This document shows, piece after piece, positions 1-15,293 of a stretch of 64,000 bases of DNA. The notes under the pieces are model-generated. The model was not told the origin of the DNA and ran no database searches. It worked only from the letters and a program-made list of their open reading frames with translations. Numbering within the stretch: the stretch's first letter is position 1; each line of letters begins with the position of its first letter. Both the position numbers and the translations under genes were made by a program. Where the stretch lies: contig OZ024742.1 of assembly GCA_964016885.1 (NCBI GenBank), positions 206,274,001-206,338,000 on the forward strand, read 5' to 3'. Source of the DNA: Eledone cirrhosa. Lineage: Eukaryota.

Positions 1-1
1 T

Positions 2-604
2 AAGGAGTTCTACATTGGTAGCACGACTTGAGCACTCCACACTCACATTAAAGAACACTTCAACACACACGCATCCTCATTCAAAAACACATTGACAAAT
101 GTAGAAACATCAACCTACATATTACCGTTAACATTAAAGCCAGTGATAGAAATGTGGGCAATTTAAGAATTAAGGAAGCCTTGCTAATACGTAGATTCAA
201 CCTGCAAATAAACAATAGATTAGAACTCAGCACACAGTACATGACATAAAAAGACATACCTACAGGCACACAAACTAAGCATCTCATATAAAAAAGAAAA
301 CTGATTCCGCAAAATACTATATTGCAATGGAAGTTATTCTCGTGAAGAGTGAAATAACCATAAAAAAGTTTGAAAACAACTTTTAAAATTTAAATCAAAA
401 ATTTAAATCAAAATCAAAATTTAATCCCAAAGAGAGGAAATTGGAAAGTTCCTTAAACTTTGAAGAAGCCTTAATGATTTCTCCTGAATGAAACAGTTCT
501 AGTCCTGTAGAAGCCATTTCTATATTAAATATATTAAATATTTATACTCTGCTATGTATTGAGTACCTTACTTACTGTGGTAGCCCCCGATTGAACCCGG
601 GATA

Positions 605-606
<2 letters not shown>
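2..606 (+). mobile_element. Penelope-like retroelement 3' remnant (GIY-YIG endonuclease end plus tail)
   Basis: Frame 2 reads KEFYIGSTT*ALHTHIKEH. After a frameshift it reads NLRIKEALLIRRFNLQINNRLE. These match the YIG..T.R.L..R..EH and E...I......N motifs of Penelope GIY-YIG. The remnant ends against (TA)n. Confidence 0.75.

Positions 607-607
<1 letters not shown>

Positions 608-662
<55 letters not shown>
608..662. repeat. (TA)n microsatellite
   Basis: Direct reading of the sequence. Confidence 0.98.
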
Positions 663-666
<4 letters not shown>

Positions 667-937
667 TTAGTTAAGCAAAGCAAGACCACAAATTTCACAA
701 GGAAGATATTATTAAAAGATTGTCAACATATTTTAGTTTGATGTAAGGAATGTAGAGAATAATAATAATAATATTAATAATAATAATGCATGAACCCAGC
801 CACCTAGCTGCTTTCTACTGCATATTGCACATTGAGCACATGCCTTTACGCTTTGGCTTCTAACTAATTCACCAATCTCTCCTCTCATATCTCCTCTCCT
901 ATCTCCATCTCTCTCTTTAAGATTGGTTACTCTTGAA

Positions 938-942
<5 letters not shown>

Positions 943-1017
<75 letters not shown>
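943..1017. repeat. Compound (TA)n(GA)n microsatellite
   Basis: Direct reading of the sequence. Confidence 0.98.
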
Positions 1018-1018
<1 letters not shown>

Positions 1019-1214
1019 AATCAAGAAATCAAGCCAAAATCAGTTCTGTATGAGCAAGACATGGTTACCTGACCTGGCATTGCCCACAACAGGGCAACTC
1101 ATCTGACCCATGCTAGCTTGTAAAAGGATGATGATGTTGATGATGAGGATATATATATAAAAGAATATAATTTCAAATACAAGTTTGGGTTTTTGAAGTA
1201 ATGTTACTTCAAAG

Positions 1215-1545
1215 AGTTTGTAACTCAGAGATCAGAGATTCACTCCAGGTAGAGCCACTACTTCTCTGAATTAAAAGATTACTGCTCCAATATTACAGAC
1301 ATTGGTTAGAATGTCTCAGAAAAAATCACTGGACAGATTTTATGGGCAAAACCAATTGGCAGGAGACACACCGCAAAATGGTTGGATAATATCCATGAGC
1401 TCAGCTTGTCTCACTTGGTGATCCAGCTGGATCAATTGGAGATGGTTGCTTCTGACATGACCCACTAGAGGGAGTGTTTGAGGACTCTGTACGCAAGACC
1501 TTCCCAAGAAGAAGAAGAAGAAGAAGAAGAAGAAGAAGAAGAAGA
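1215..1545 (+). mobile_element. RTE-like LINE 3' fragment ending in (GAA)n
   Basis: Degenerate ORF C-terminus (GQILWAKPIGRR...W.DNI.EL) followed by (GAA)n at ~1508-1545. It is homologous to the reverse complement of 23020-23230. Confidence 0.6.
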
Positions 1546-1559
1546 AAATATTTATAAAA

Positions 1560-1960
1560 AAGCTTAATTTGTGATTACAGTTCCAAATTTCACTTGATTT
1601 CCATTGTAAGAAGTATTATTGATAAACCAAATGTTAAGAAATCACAAATTGGAACCACAAACGAAGGATTTTGAGGAAGATAAACCATTGACATTGTACT
1701 CTGATAAAAGTGTCATATCTCTATTCAGTATAAACATTGTCTGTAGGATTCTGTCTGATGAATAAATAGACATTTCTTCTGTTGGCAAGCAAGTTTGACG
1801 GACTGATGTTTTCTTAATAAGAACAATCCAGTGTTATCTACATCACACATGTTTGAAAGACTTGTTTGAGAGGTGATGACAGTAGCCATCATGCACAACC
1901 TTTCAGGTGTATATGGGATAAGCAAATTTTCCCCATCCACACTCAGTGTCATGCTTTACA
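1560..1960 (-). mobile_element. pogo/Tigger-type DDE transposase remnant
   Basis: The minus strand reads NMCDVDNTGLF (cf. NIYNxDETGLF). In another frame it reads NRDMTLLSEYNVNG...KSFVCG (cf. KDRLTVLLCxNADG...KPLVIG). Confidence 0.55.
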
Positions 1961-2429
1961 TAAAAAAATATTAAAACACATTCCAAATAAATAAACCATT
2001 GTAAATAACTTTAAATAAATAAAAACATTAAATACACTCTCATGTGTGTGTGTTTATGCTCATATAGATATAGAAATGTATACTTATTTTTATTGTGTAT
2101 ATGTAGCCAATCATTCAAATTTTACAAAGCGCTAAGGGGATAAAGTTAATATAAAAAATGGTGTGCTCATGCACATAGATGATCAATGTGTCAATATGTC
2201 TATGATACATCTTGTATGTGAATAGGATTTTACAGAAGACAGCGATTCCTCAAGTAGGTATAATATCTACTATTTTTAGAGAGATAGCAAATTGTAAAGC
2301 TCATACATTTTTTAAAACTACCAGTGAGTCAATTCAGTCCCCTTTAACTTAAATGTTCTTGATTCAACTCAACAGCTGTTTATTTCTGAAATACATTAAC
2401 ATTTTAAAATGCATATTAATTAGGGACAG

Positions 2430-4015
<1,586 letters not shown>

Positions 4016-5401
4016 TAGTATACACTATTTGTTTTCTTTAATGTCTATAATAATGGCAACAAACAAACACAAAGAAGTATTGAAATAAGAATAGAATTAG
4101 TTTTGAACATTAGTGAACTCATTGCTAAATAATACAATTATATCTGTCTTATGGGCTTTAACACAACCATTATTCTAAAACTCACCATCTTTAACAATAT
4201 AAGTTTCTTCAGCATTCCCTACTAAAAAGTTTCTTTGTTTTCATAGCAAAATCATATAAATTGATTAAATTTCTTGTTGTTTCTTTTTGTTAATAATATT
4301 ACAATAAATATTTTAGCCATTGATTTATTAATGGCATTAAAACAAAAACAAAATATAAACATTCAAAAATATTTAATATGTCGATTGAAATAACATCCTG
4401 TCTCTTAAACTTCTTTAGTCTTTTGGTATGAAATTATAGTTTATAATTTTATAGATATTTTGTCTTCATACATTTGTCTGAATTGATATTTTAAAGCAAT
4501 TATTTGTCTGTTTTTATGATGTATAGGGTAAAATCTCAGTTTTAGATGTATCATTACTTGTATATTTTAAAATGTCAGAAATTTCCTTTGCATGGTTTGT
4601 AAAGTTATTTTTGCTGAAACAAGTAATGGGGAAGAGGCGAACTTGTCATCACTAAGGTTGTCTCTTAAAAAATATAATTCAAAATTATTGATTGATTCTT
4701 TATATTTAAACAAATAAAATGCAGGTCAGGTATGGATCTAGTCATACAGGAGAGATTATCCATTTATTTGGCCTCTCAAAGTGTATCATTATTTGATAAT
4801 CATTTATTCTCACGTGAGAGAAGCTGCCAAACTACTTGTCAATTTATAATAAGCTTAGTGCACTGCCAATACATCATTCATCTGCTCTACTTTCAATTAA
4901 GTGCCAGATGATGGAGTTTGGTATCTTACCCACAGTTATAATCACTTCATGTGTTAGAACATAAACTCCACTTTTCAGCTAGAAGTCTGATATTTTATCC
5001 ACTTAACCTTTGTAATTCACCAATATTTAATAAAGTAGGAGGTACATATTAGCATCTGGAATTAAGTAGTCATTTCTGTAATATAACTTTGTATGCTCCA
5101 GCATGGCCTTAGAGATGATGGCAAAAATAAATTTAACTAAAAAAACATAGAAAACCTCTTTTTTTCAAATTTGTATATGATGGTAATATTGATTTCTAAT
5201 TTAGCCTCAAGGCCAGGAAATTTTAACAAAGGGCAACATTTTTAAAATCAACCTCAGTACTTTATTTTATTCCTGACAGAAGGGTGAAAGGTAAAGTTGA
5301 CCTTGACAGAACGACAATGCCATAATGACAATTTATTCAATACCCTACCAATTCTGCCCATCTACCACCCTTATATGATGGTATTATTAATATTGAAGTG
5401 A

Positions 5402-5730
5402 GGGTAGTGGATTGGCAGTATTGGTAGACTGTCAGACAACATGCTTTATGGCATAGAGTTATGGCCTTTACATTATGAGTTCAAATCTCACCAAGGTTAG
5501 CTTTGCCTTTTATCCTTACGGGGTTGCTAAAATAAAGTACCAGTAAGCACTGGGGTCGATTTAATCAACTTTCACTTCCCTTCAAATTGCTGGTCTTGAG
5601 TCAAAAGTAGAAAAAACTAATTATATTGAAATGAGGGTGGTGGATTGGTAGAATTGGTAGAGCATTGGACGAAATGCTTGGTGGTATTTATTCCAGCTCT
5701 TTATGTTATGAGTTCAAATTCCACTGTGGT
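5402..5730 (+). mobile_element. tRNA-derived SINE family A: one full long-type copy plus a tandem 5' partial copy
   Basis: A-box-like TGGCAGTATTGG, B-box GAGTTCAAATC, core GCCTTTxATCCTTACGGGGT..TAAAATAAAGTACCAG and an AT-rich tail. A second head starts at ~5635. Confidence 0.85.
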
Positions 5731-5739
5731 CTATTTGAG

Positions 5740-6190
5740 AGGTAAACTTAGTATGTTGCCCCACTTTTACAACATCCCCACCTGGCCTTTGGATGCAAAG
5801 TCCTCTTTGTTGCAAGCATTTAGACCAAGTCTGCAGTTTTAGTATATCCTCTTTGGAGACTTCTGGTGTCCTTGGCCCTAGGGCCACCTCCATACTCACC
5901 ACCATAGGCGCTGAGCTGGCTAGCTGCAGGTGTGAGCCTCAAGAGCTAGAATGGCTCTTCCAGCACATTTCCCTCACCAGTCCTCCCAGGAAGTGCCTTT
6001 TCTATTCTGTCTGCCAGGGCCATGAGGCGGTCAACGTGTTGGACCCCAATTGCTCATAATAGTGAGAGATGGGTAAGGTGAGAGAGACAGCGGCGATGAT
6101 AGTGGGAGTTCGGCTCCTCTGTGTTTGGACCTGGTGTACATGTGTGTGTATTTTTGCACTATCGACTTTTTCAGTCAACATCTATAAGTT
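5740..6190 (+). mobile_element. CRE-like non-LTR retrotransposon 3' fragment (RLE C-terminus plus 3' UTR)
   Basis: FSISSLETSGVLGPRATSILTTIGAELASCRCEPQELEWLFQHISL matches the ETxGxxG...RE..FLFQRLSL RLE tail. A close second copy lies at 34620-35070. Confidence 0.7.
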
Positions 6191-7399
6191 AGTTGTTGTA
6201 TATTTACATACATGCATTAATCAACTCTTTCTTCTCAACAGTCTAGGAAGCTCTGGAAAGGGTCATAAACAATGCCCTGACCTTCCTACTAAAAGGAGCA
6301 AAAGCAACAACATGGTATATTTAGACAAGAAAAAAAAAAAGGAATTCAGCACATCACAATTACTTTTTCTCTTTTAGAACATTATCTGATTAGATTGAAA
6401 TAAAATAGAAAACATATTTTGTAGCCCTAAACATTATCTGATTAAACTTACTGTATAATGTTGCTAGAATTTCTTATATTCTAATGATCTGATACATATT
6501 TAAACTATTGTTTCAGTGGGTTGTGTAGAAATTCTGTTTTAATCATTGCCTGAGATATGCTGATATCTTTATCAGTACATACTGGCCTTTATATGGCTGA
6601 AAAATGACAATAATTGTGTTTGACCAAATCACTCTAAGATAAATTTGCTTGCTGATAAATTTGGGGTGTATGAACAAGATAGTTTACCAGTTGAATGGGC
6701 GAGCAAAGATGGAAGGTGGAGCAATAATCAAATGGAAATACAATTTTTCCATTTTTGTTTTTGTTAAAAATTGACGAAAAATTGAAGGATGGGGGTAGGT
6801 GTAAATTGATTAGTTGTAATGTGGAATAAGGGTGGTCTAGACAAGGACAAGTGATGGATTGAGGAAAAGGCAAGTAACATTACAAGGAGGGTGAAGAATG
6901 ACAGGCAATTCTAGTAAAAGAGAACATGAAGGAGGATTAGGACAAAGAGAACACTGAGAAGTGTATGTATACTTTTACCCAACTGTAAAAGAAGAGACAG
7001 AAAAGGAGGAAGGAAGCCTTGATGGGTGGCAATCTGATAAAAACAAAATAAAAATAACAACTCATGTAACTGTAACTCAAAAATGTATAAAGTTAGAAGA
7101 GAGGTAAATAGGAAAAGTTTGGTGGGTGATTTCTGGCTATTTTCCTGGTAACTTATGAAGGAGGAAATTGGAATAAGTGGAGGTGGGTGATTCTTGGTAA
7201 AGATAGGGATTGTGACATGTGAGAAAATGGAACAAGAAACTGAGATATATACAATAGAGAGAGAGGTAGAGAGAGAGGGAGAGAGAAGTAGAGAGATTGT
7301 AGTGTACATCATAATATAATAAAGGGAGGAATGCGGGACTGTGTCCTGAATATATTTTTTATCCTGTTAGTAAAATAAGTTGGATTACTTTGAATAAAT

Positions 7400-7540
7400 A
7401 ATGGTTTCTTATATAGGCACAAGGCCTGCAATTTTGGAGGAGGAGAAAGTCGATTAAATCGACCCCAGTGTGTGACTGGTACTTTATTTTATCGACACTG
7501 TAAGGATGAAAGGCAAAGTTAACCTCGGTGGGATATGAAT
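7400..7540 (-). mobile_element. SINE family A (long type), 5' truncated
   Basis: Reverse-complement core CTGGTACTTTATTTTATCGAC...AAGGATGAAAGGCAAAGTTAACC. Confidence 0.85.
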
Positions 7541-7974
7541 GAATATTACATGCTAGCATGGAAGATAGACGTTAAACGATGATGATGATGTTGCATAATT
7601 TAAGTACTAAATTTCGTAGCTGTTGATTAAACATAAATATTCTTATATATAATGATTGCTTATTTTAAGATTCACTTCTTTTAAAATTTTCAAATGTCAA
7701 TACTTCCGGTTATGATATAACAGACGCTATATCATATCGCTTATATAAACGTTCATATATTTGCATCGTTATATCATAACGTTTATATTTCTGTCACTAA
7801 TTTTCTCCATTTTCATTTTCATTACATTACACCGTAATCTAGTTCATATATAATATCGTTTTTTTTAAATGTATCATGGATTACTTTACTGATTACAGAA
7901 GAAAGTGTAACACAGTCTCTCTTCAATTTCTGTGCATATTGTCAATTACGATTTTATTTGAGTTATCATATCTA

Positions 7975-8058
7975 CATGGATGTATATTTGTGTATAATAT
8001 CAATATGCACACTACACATGATAGCAGAAAACCACTCGAATGGTGTTTTTTCTGCTAG
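7975..8058 (-). mobile_element. End of a Helitron/Helentron-like non-autonomous element with terminal hairpin
   Basis: AGCAGAAAA...TTTTCTGCT hairpin plus a shared adjacent sequence that recurs at 22926-22965 and 38115-38190. Confidence 0.45.
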
Positions 8059-9385
8059 TATTTATAATGTTTAGTAAAATCTTACAAAAACTTAGTTTAT
8101 TACCAATGAAGATTTTTAAAGGAAATTCCTTTCTTTTGCCATCATTAATTTCTTTACAGAAAAACAATGTAAGACATGAATATGGATATTTAGTAAAGAT
8201 AGACCAGTGTGTGTGTGTGTGAGAGAGAGAGAGAGTTAGAGTAGAAATAAGAAAGCAAGATGAAGGGTAAGCTAAATGTAACAAAATATTGCAAGAAGGA
8301 AAAATGGGAAATGAGACAGATCTGGTGACAGAGGTAGCAATGATATACATAAGTGTGAAATGGAATGGATCTTATGACATCATGGTGCATAGAGGAAAGA
8401 AACAGAGTACCTATTTTGATAGAACCAGTTGCAATACACATAAGTATGAAAAGGAAAAATAAAAGTTAGGTATGAGAGACAGATGTGGTACCCATACAAG
8501 GGTAGAAAAAGAACAGATATGTGACAAACAACTGTGACACTTACAGTAGTTGTTTGGTGACAGGGTCTTGTATGATACCTATAAGAATGTCTTATCCATT
8601 ATATGGCAAGTTGCAAAAATATGCAAAGCTAATATCAGGATGTTCTGCATATGTTGGCAGCAAAATTCCTAAAAGATTAGAATCTTTTATCATATTCCCC
8701 TTCAGAGCAACTACAAAACCTTGTTTTCCTCTCCACCCACGAACATCTTTTTCTTCACGGTGCTTTGTATTTGAAACCTCGCATTAGTCATGGCACCAAG
8801 GGAATTGTTGCTACCAGAACTTTGGGATAGTAAAAACAACATTTATATTACCCCAGCTAGCTTTCATTTAACATTGATAAGCACATTCTTCCTGCTTTCC
8901 AATTTGTTCTCTTCTCTGGCACTCTGTTTATTGTTGTTATGTTTCTACATTTTTGTATTCAAATTCTTGAAAACTTCTTAAAATTTTATTTAGTATCTCA
9001 AATACACAATTTATAGTTGATAATTCTTGTAAATATTTTGTTTTTAGAAATTTGCTTGGCTACTTAGATTTAGTTTGGCAGGGTAGTTTCCAGTTTTAGT
9101 ATCTTGTTCTGAAAATTGTTAAAGATTTCAGCATTATAAATGTAAAAGAAAGAGGAGGAAAAAAGTTAAAAAGGTAAAACCACTGTTACAGTGCCACCAC
9201 ACTGCTCAAACCAATCATGCCAATACAAAACTCTTTTTTTGCCAACACAACTATCTCTAGATTTCCCTACCACCTATTTTCCATTGTTTTTACTATCACC
9301 ATTATTGCAAATATTGTCATTCCATAAAAAATATTTGCAACACAAATAATGAATAGTAAAATATAGGAAAAAGACAGTAAATGAA

Positions 9386-9390
<5 letters not shown>

Positions 9391-9463
<73 letters not shown>
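9391..9463. repeat. (GA)n microsatellite
   Basis: Direct reading of the sequence. Confidence 0.98.
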
Positions 9464-9467
<4 letters not shown>

Positions 9468-9984
9468 AAATTTTCTTGAAGACTGCTGGCAATACATTAG
9501 ATTTATGTACATTTTTCAGTAAACAGCAAAAATAAGAATGAAAAAGAAAACAACTTTTGGTGGAATATCTAAAAGACAACTCATATGGAGTGGGGAGAAA
9601 GCTAGAAATAACGATATCTATTACAGTGATGTCTTACAAGTGCAGCAAATTATATTTTTTTCTTCTAAATAAAAATCAATACGTGCCTCTGAAATTAGAT
9701 GTACTAACAACCAAAGTATCGCTAATTTCCGGTTTTTACAGAGATCTTAGCTAACACAGCTGCTTGACACAGTGAAATATTTGAGTTAAAGATAATTGAC
9801 ATAGCAGGTGGAAGATCGGTAAATGAGGGCTACTTTACTACCTATTTCCAGCTTCAGCTTAATTTGCTTTTGGTTTTGGATACAAGAGAATAAAAAAAAA
9901 GAATCAGTGATGAACTTATAATTGTATGTGTACGTATGCATTACTTAACCTCATGACAAGGCGAGTGGACAACAGGAGGATCTT

Positions 9985-10350
9985 CAGAGGAAGAACTCCC
10001 ATCAAGAAGGTGCTTCAGCCCTTGATTCTTTCTGACACTTTAAAGGAGCTGGGCCCACTCAAATCCTGGCTCATATGTGTCCTCTTGCTGTTTTTCTCCT
10101 CCAGTGGGATATGTACTCAGGCCCTTCTGGTGATCATGCTGCTTGTTCCGGTGGTTTATACTACTTGGCCACAAAGACCATCAATAAAACACATCTATTT
10201 AAACAGCAATCCTACTACCAAAATAGTTTGAAAGAGTGTCACTACTGTTTTTCTACCCAAATCAAAAAATAACATCAAACCCCCTGTCATAGACCATTCT
10301 AAGATCTGATCTAATTATTTCATATCTAGCAGGCAGGTCTTGGTATTTTC
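9985..10350 (+). mobile_element. Old L2/CR1-type LINE ORF2 C-terminal remnant
   Basis: Degenerate LKELG / TTWPQ / TKTINK segments resemble the post-RT region (KxLG...LEY...W...I..LE.VQ). Confidence 0.4.
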
Positions 10351-11559
10351 TATAAAAAAAATTAAAATCCTTTTACAATAATGAAAATTGATTCAATAAT
10401 TGATTTACTCACTCATTTGGGTTATTCTTTTTCACCACTTACTTCCCTCATTCATATGGATGTTTTCATTTTAATTAATCACCTCTTCTCCATTTTATTT
10501 AACAAAGATATGGTAATAGAATAACCAAATAGTTTGGCTGGTACCATTCCTTTTGGTATTCATAACATGAATCAATACCTTTGTTTTTCTAACTAATCTT
10601 TGTTTATCTGTCTCTCTGTCTACTTGAAATATCTTCCAACTAGTGAAATTAGAATTGAAAATACTGATATTGCCCAGGAAACTAAACAACCAAAATAATG
10701 GCCACTGAGAATACTACTTATGGTGTCCATTTTATAATGTGCACTTTTCAAAAAAAGAATTTTATCTAATGATACGCTATGGTGAAGCTGAATTCCAACC
10801 ATTCCAGAGGATGACAATTCACCTAAATTCATAAAAGTCCCTAATGTCTTTGCAGCTTATACAAGTCAATACATAGTAAAGCAGAATTGTAAGTGAAGCA
10901 TATATGCTTGACAACTATGATACAGACATCAAAAGTCAAATACATCTTTTATTTATACAGAACTCTTTCCATGCATTACATCTTTAACTATTACCTGTGT
11001 TTGGAGTTGTATGAAGGGAAGAGGTAGAGTACAGATCTTGATGATGGGCCAGTACCATGGTTTTGTTGTGGAAATTATTTTTAGACAATTCTCATCGCTA
11101 AATAATTCCACCCATTGAAACCTGATGTCAGTGAGGTCAATTGAAGCAGATGTATGTTATGAGTTAAAATTTACTACAACCCGCCCCACCGTCTGCAGAA
11201 AAAAAATCTTTTCATTAACGGTCAACTACAATCTACTAAACTGTAGAATGCATTAAGATTTAAATATATTGATTATTTGCAGTCCAAGCATGAAAGTTGT
11301 GAACTTTATGACCAAAATTGTTACATTAGTCACACAAATACTACATTTTCCAATTAGTTAATCATGCACTTATAACAATGAACCATAGCAACACATTTTT
11401 ATACAGTACATAAAAAAATTGATATAGGGCTACAATAGTTGTTAACACTAAAAATCTGTCTAAAATTCCGCACAAAAAAGTGATCAACGACAGAAGCTCT
11501 ACTAAAATCAGAATATAAACAAAAAATTAACACACTGATATTCGTTGACCATTGAAAAA

Positions 11560-12130
11560 TTTTCAATCAGGTGTCCACAATCTCCTACCATTTCCATGAT
11601 ACTTTAAGCCCAAGATCAATATGTCACTTCTACGACCATCCTGAACCATGAAGGGCTGAAAACATTAATATACACGTGGATTTAGGAATGCTATGTTCCA
11701 AACTAATCTTGGGTGATGCATAGACATTCTAGATTGCATCTAAGAAAAAGATCCCATCTCCATATTCAAAACTACTCATCCCCAGTCTCTACCATCATTG
11801 TGTCTTCTGTCTTTTTTTCTGATAAAACTAACTAAAGACTGATTTAATTTTGAGTGTCACTTAACTTTTTCCCATCACACTAAAACTTGTTCTAAGCACA
11901 TTTCCAAATTTTGTTTCTCCAATTGAAGGATTAATTTACAGCCCTTGAAACTGAATTTGAATCTCACAAACTCCTTCAGTTGTCTTTTCCTCGACCTATT
12001 TCCCAGAAAGGCCGTAGTCACATCTCCACCCCACCTATTTACCACATAAGACATAGATATCTCATGCCCCCATAACTAATGAATAGAAGAATGTAATTTC
12101 TACCTAGCCCAGTCAACTGATCTGACAAGT
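11560..12130 (+). mobile_element. Penelope-like RT remnant
   Basis: Frameshifted SLxxTILNHEGLKTL (cf. DVxSLYTxIxHxEGLxAL) and later LSFLDL-like sequence (cf. FLDL). Confidence 0.45.
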
Positions 12131-14124
12131 ACTACTTACAACTGAATTGTTGGAAAGGAGATGATTAGGGAGCTTTAAACATTAGCACCCAACATTTTTG
12201 AAATTATCTAAAGTTTTAGAACTATTTCAACCCATAGAACAAGCAAAGTAAAAGAAATGAAAATAAGAATTTAAAATTAAGGAAAATTATTTACAGATAG
12301 TTTTCTAGGTTTGTATGATACCCAATTTAGTGAATGTCATTTATCACATAAACCATAACACACACTTAACAATTTGCTCCATCTATTAAGCTTCTCACTT
12401 ACATGCTCCTTCAACTGTACACACAATGTACACAAATAGATATATCTTTCCTATAGGTTGAATCTTGAACTGTGGTTAAGCCCTGGGTTGGAGTCCCCCA
12501 AAAGAGAGGCCAACAACAAGCAAATAAAAAAAAAACCTCTTAAGTATACTTGTAAAAATTACCACAGAAAAGTTGTCTGACATGATGATGATGATGATGA
12601 TGATGTGTGTGTGTGTGCATATGTATACCTCAATTAATATATTTACTTCACACATGGCACCATCACAATGCTGGTGGTGAAGGTATTTCATTATGTCTTT
12701 CATAAACAAACATCCCATGGCTGCAATTTGATGCTTCTTCTCTTCTTCTTGCTCTTGTTCAATGAGACTGGGATCATCCTAGATTAATGATCCTAGAAAC
12801 ATCATCGTGCATAGAGCTGACCAGGTCCACCAGTGTCCTCCATCACTGCAAGTGTTGTTGGCTGCAGGTATGTCTGTGGTGATGGTTAGGAAGAGATCAA
12901 TTGGGATGGGTGAGTGATGAAGAAGAAGACTGAAGTGCATCTTCCAGTGTTGCAAAATACTTTCTCAAAAAACCTTGTCTAACTCATGTTAACAGACATA
13001 AAAATGAAGTTGATAATTTTGTTTTGTAATAAATAGAGTGTAAGTCACTATAAAAATAGATAAAATAAGCTCTTTGTGTTCAGATTAGTGATTGTAACGT
13101 GATCAGTATATTGACTGGAATATTGTTCAACAGAAGAAGTATTAAGTGTTTGAGTGTTGTAACCATTTTTGGTTTTACATATTTGAAGTTAATTGGAGAC
13201 ACTGAGGGTTGAGGGTGGCAGATAACTGTTTTGGATACATAACCTTTGGTCTTGGGATACATAACCTTTGTGCGTCCATCCCACACATCCCAGGACATGT
13301 TGCAGGCCCATCGCCAGATAGAGTAATGTAATATTGTTTAATTAAATTATGCTTGGAATGTTTACATTATCTACCCTTCTATCAATGAACCAATGACAAC
13401 GTAGCTGGAAATAGGGCCACCTCAGTAATACAAAACAAGTGGAGTTACTATGCATCTTTCTTTAAAATATAGCAAAATGCTTGAATCTATGAACTGATAA
13501 TTTCACACCTTAACTAGTCACCTGACATCCTCATTGAAATAATTTCAAGAAAGAACTCAGTCTTCCAATTTTATTAATTGGTTATAAAATTAATTTACAC
13601 TGAATCTACCTTTTGTTTTTGCTATACAATATTACTGAAAGTTTATTTTATCAGTTTTTAAACATTTGTTTCTTGCTATAAGAATAGAAATATATTGGCA
13701 CATTTATATAATTTCCTATTGTAGAAAGTGGCATATTGTCTGTTATCTATTTCAACAACAAGACTTGTTTTGAGAACATGGTGCATCAGATATTTACAAA
13801 TAATTTTATTTTAATTTTTTTTTAATGTATGTATATTTGCGCATGTATAGGCTTATTTTCTCAGTCCGATGTTTAGCATTTTCTATATTACACCGAAACC
13901 TAAATTTATCTACTACAATTATCTACTACAATTTATATCACTACATTTAGCATGGTTTACAAAATAAGAAGCTATATTTCTGCAATATTGCTATATTAGT
14001 GCAATATTGCTGTTGTAAATACTACCATTACTACTGTTGGTGCTGCTTATAGTATGTCATGGTAAATTGCATACTGTAAATAGGTTCCTGTCAGATGACC
14101 AGCATTATGTGAATTAAAAAAATG

Positions 14125-14305
14125 TGGTGGATTGGCAGTATCGGTAGAGGGTCAGACGCCATGCTTTCTAGCTTAGTTACGTCCCTTTACAGTCTGAGTT
14201 CAAATCCCGCCAAGGTTAACTTTACCTTTCATCCTTACGGGGTCGATAAAATAAAGTATCAGTAATGTACTGGGTAATTGCTGGCCTTGTGCCAAAAGTA
14301 GAAAT
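14125..14305 (+). mobile_element. SINE family A (short type), full length with TSD
   Basis: A/B boxes and core are present. It is flanked by a near-perfect ~20-bp direct repeat ATTATGTGAAT(T)AAAAAAATG at 14104-14124 and 14307-14326. Confidence 0.92.
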
Positions 14306-14690
14306 CATTATGTGAATAAAAAAATGCTTAAGCTATAGTTAGCTGTGTGACCAACCAAGTATCAAATGATATAATAATTTATGCTTATTGTGATTAGGGT
14401 TGTAAAACTACCAATACCACACCTGTAATACAACCCCCCCCCTCCACACACACACACATATTAATTCTTTAGGAAGTATTCCTGTGTATCCAAAGAATCA
14501 CTTTGTTATTATTTAACACAGCAAGAATTTTCAAAACGATAAAGGCAATAAAAATGAAATGGAAACACTGGAACATGAGTTTGTAGAAACTGAAAGAACT
14601 GTAATTATTTTAAGTAAATGAGAATTTCCCTAAGTCTTATACTACCAAAGGACTGTCTACAAAAAGATCATCTTGCTAATGCATTAATTG

Positions 14691-15293
14691 CCATATATAC
14701 TTGAGTTTAAGCTGATAAATATGTGACAAAAAATATAAAAATCAATGGTGATGAGAGGTACACTTATATTTGAGGTCAATATTTTGCTGATTTTCACCAA
14801 CCTGAACAAGGTGCTAAAATATCTGGAGTATTTGCTTTACAATGAATCACTGATTTACTACATTTTAGAAGCATTTTTATAGACACACATACACACAGAT
14901 CAACAACACACAACCTCTAACATGCACACATTTACGAACACACAGAGGTTAGTACTGAGGGAGAGGGAAAGAGAGAAGAACTATTGTTTTCTTCTAAAAA
15001 CTGAAGAAACTTGCTGACATTTTATAAAACAGATGATATGGTAAAAAATCATTATGTAATGGAAATGTAAAACAAAAACTATACTCTTGAACGACACTTA
15101 AAACATCTTAGATATCAAAAGCTTCATAAATATACTCTTTGCTTGTGGGAATTTACAAAACCATACCATCTAAACAAAATGTGTTGATTAGCTGCCTTGG
15201 CTTATACACAGGGTTTGGATTTTTGCCCTTTTCTCAGACATAAAATAGGGGGTTGGCTTATATTCAGATATGCTTATATATGAGTATATATAG
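14691..15293. mobile_element. Non-autonomous Tc1/mariner-superfamily (Tc2/pogo-like) element
   Basis: Degenerate TIRs CCATATATACTTGAGTTTAAGC (14691) and GCTTATATATGAGTATATATAG (~15272-15293), with subterminal GGCTTATA repeats. Confidence 0.5.

Noticed and set aside
4808-4819. Palindromic E-box TCTCACGTGAGA
   Set aside because: A single 12-bp palindrome can arise by chance in 64 kb, and there is no supporting cluster or gene.
6600-8800. Possible very old LINE endonuclease remnants on the minus strand (e.g. LDHPYST)
   Set aside because: The motifs are too degraded to assign without a profile search.
10620-10832. 70-aa minus-strand ORF with hydrophobic C-terminus
   Set aside because: It is short, has no recognisable domain and no clear acceptor linking it to the nearby exon-like segment.
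14125-14215. tRNA genes at the A/B-box-containing SINE heads
   Set aside because: No cloverleaf is evident. The heads continue into a SINE core and tail and are flanked by TSDs.
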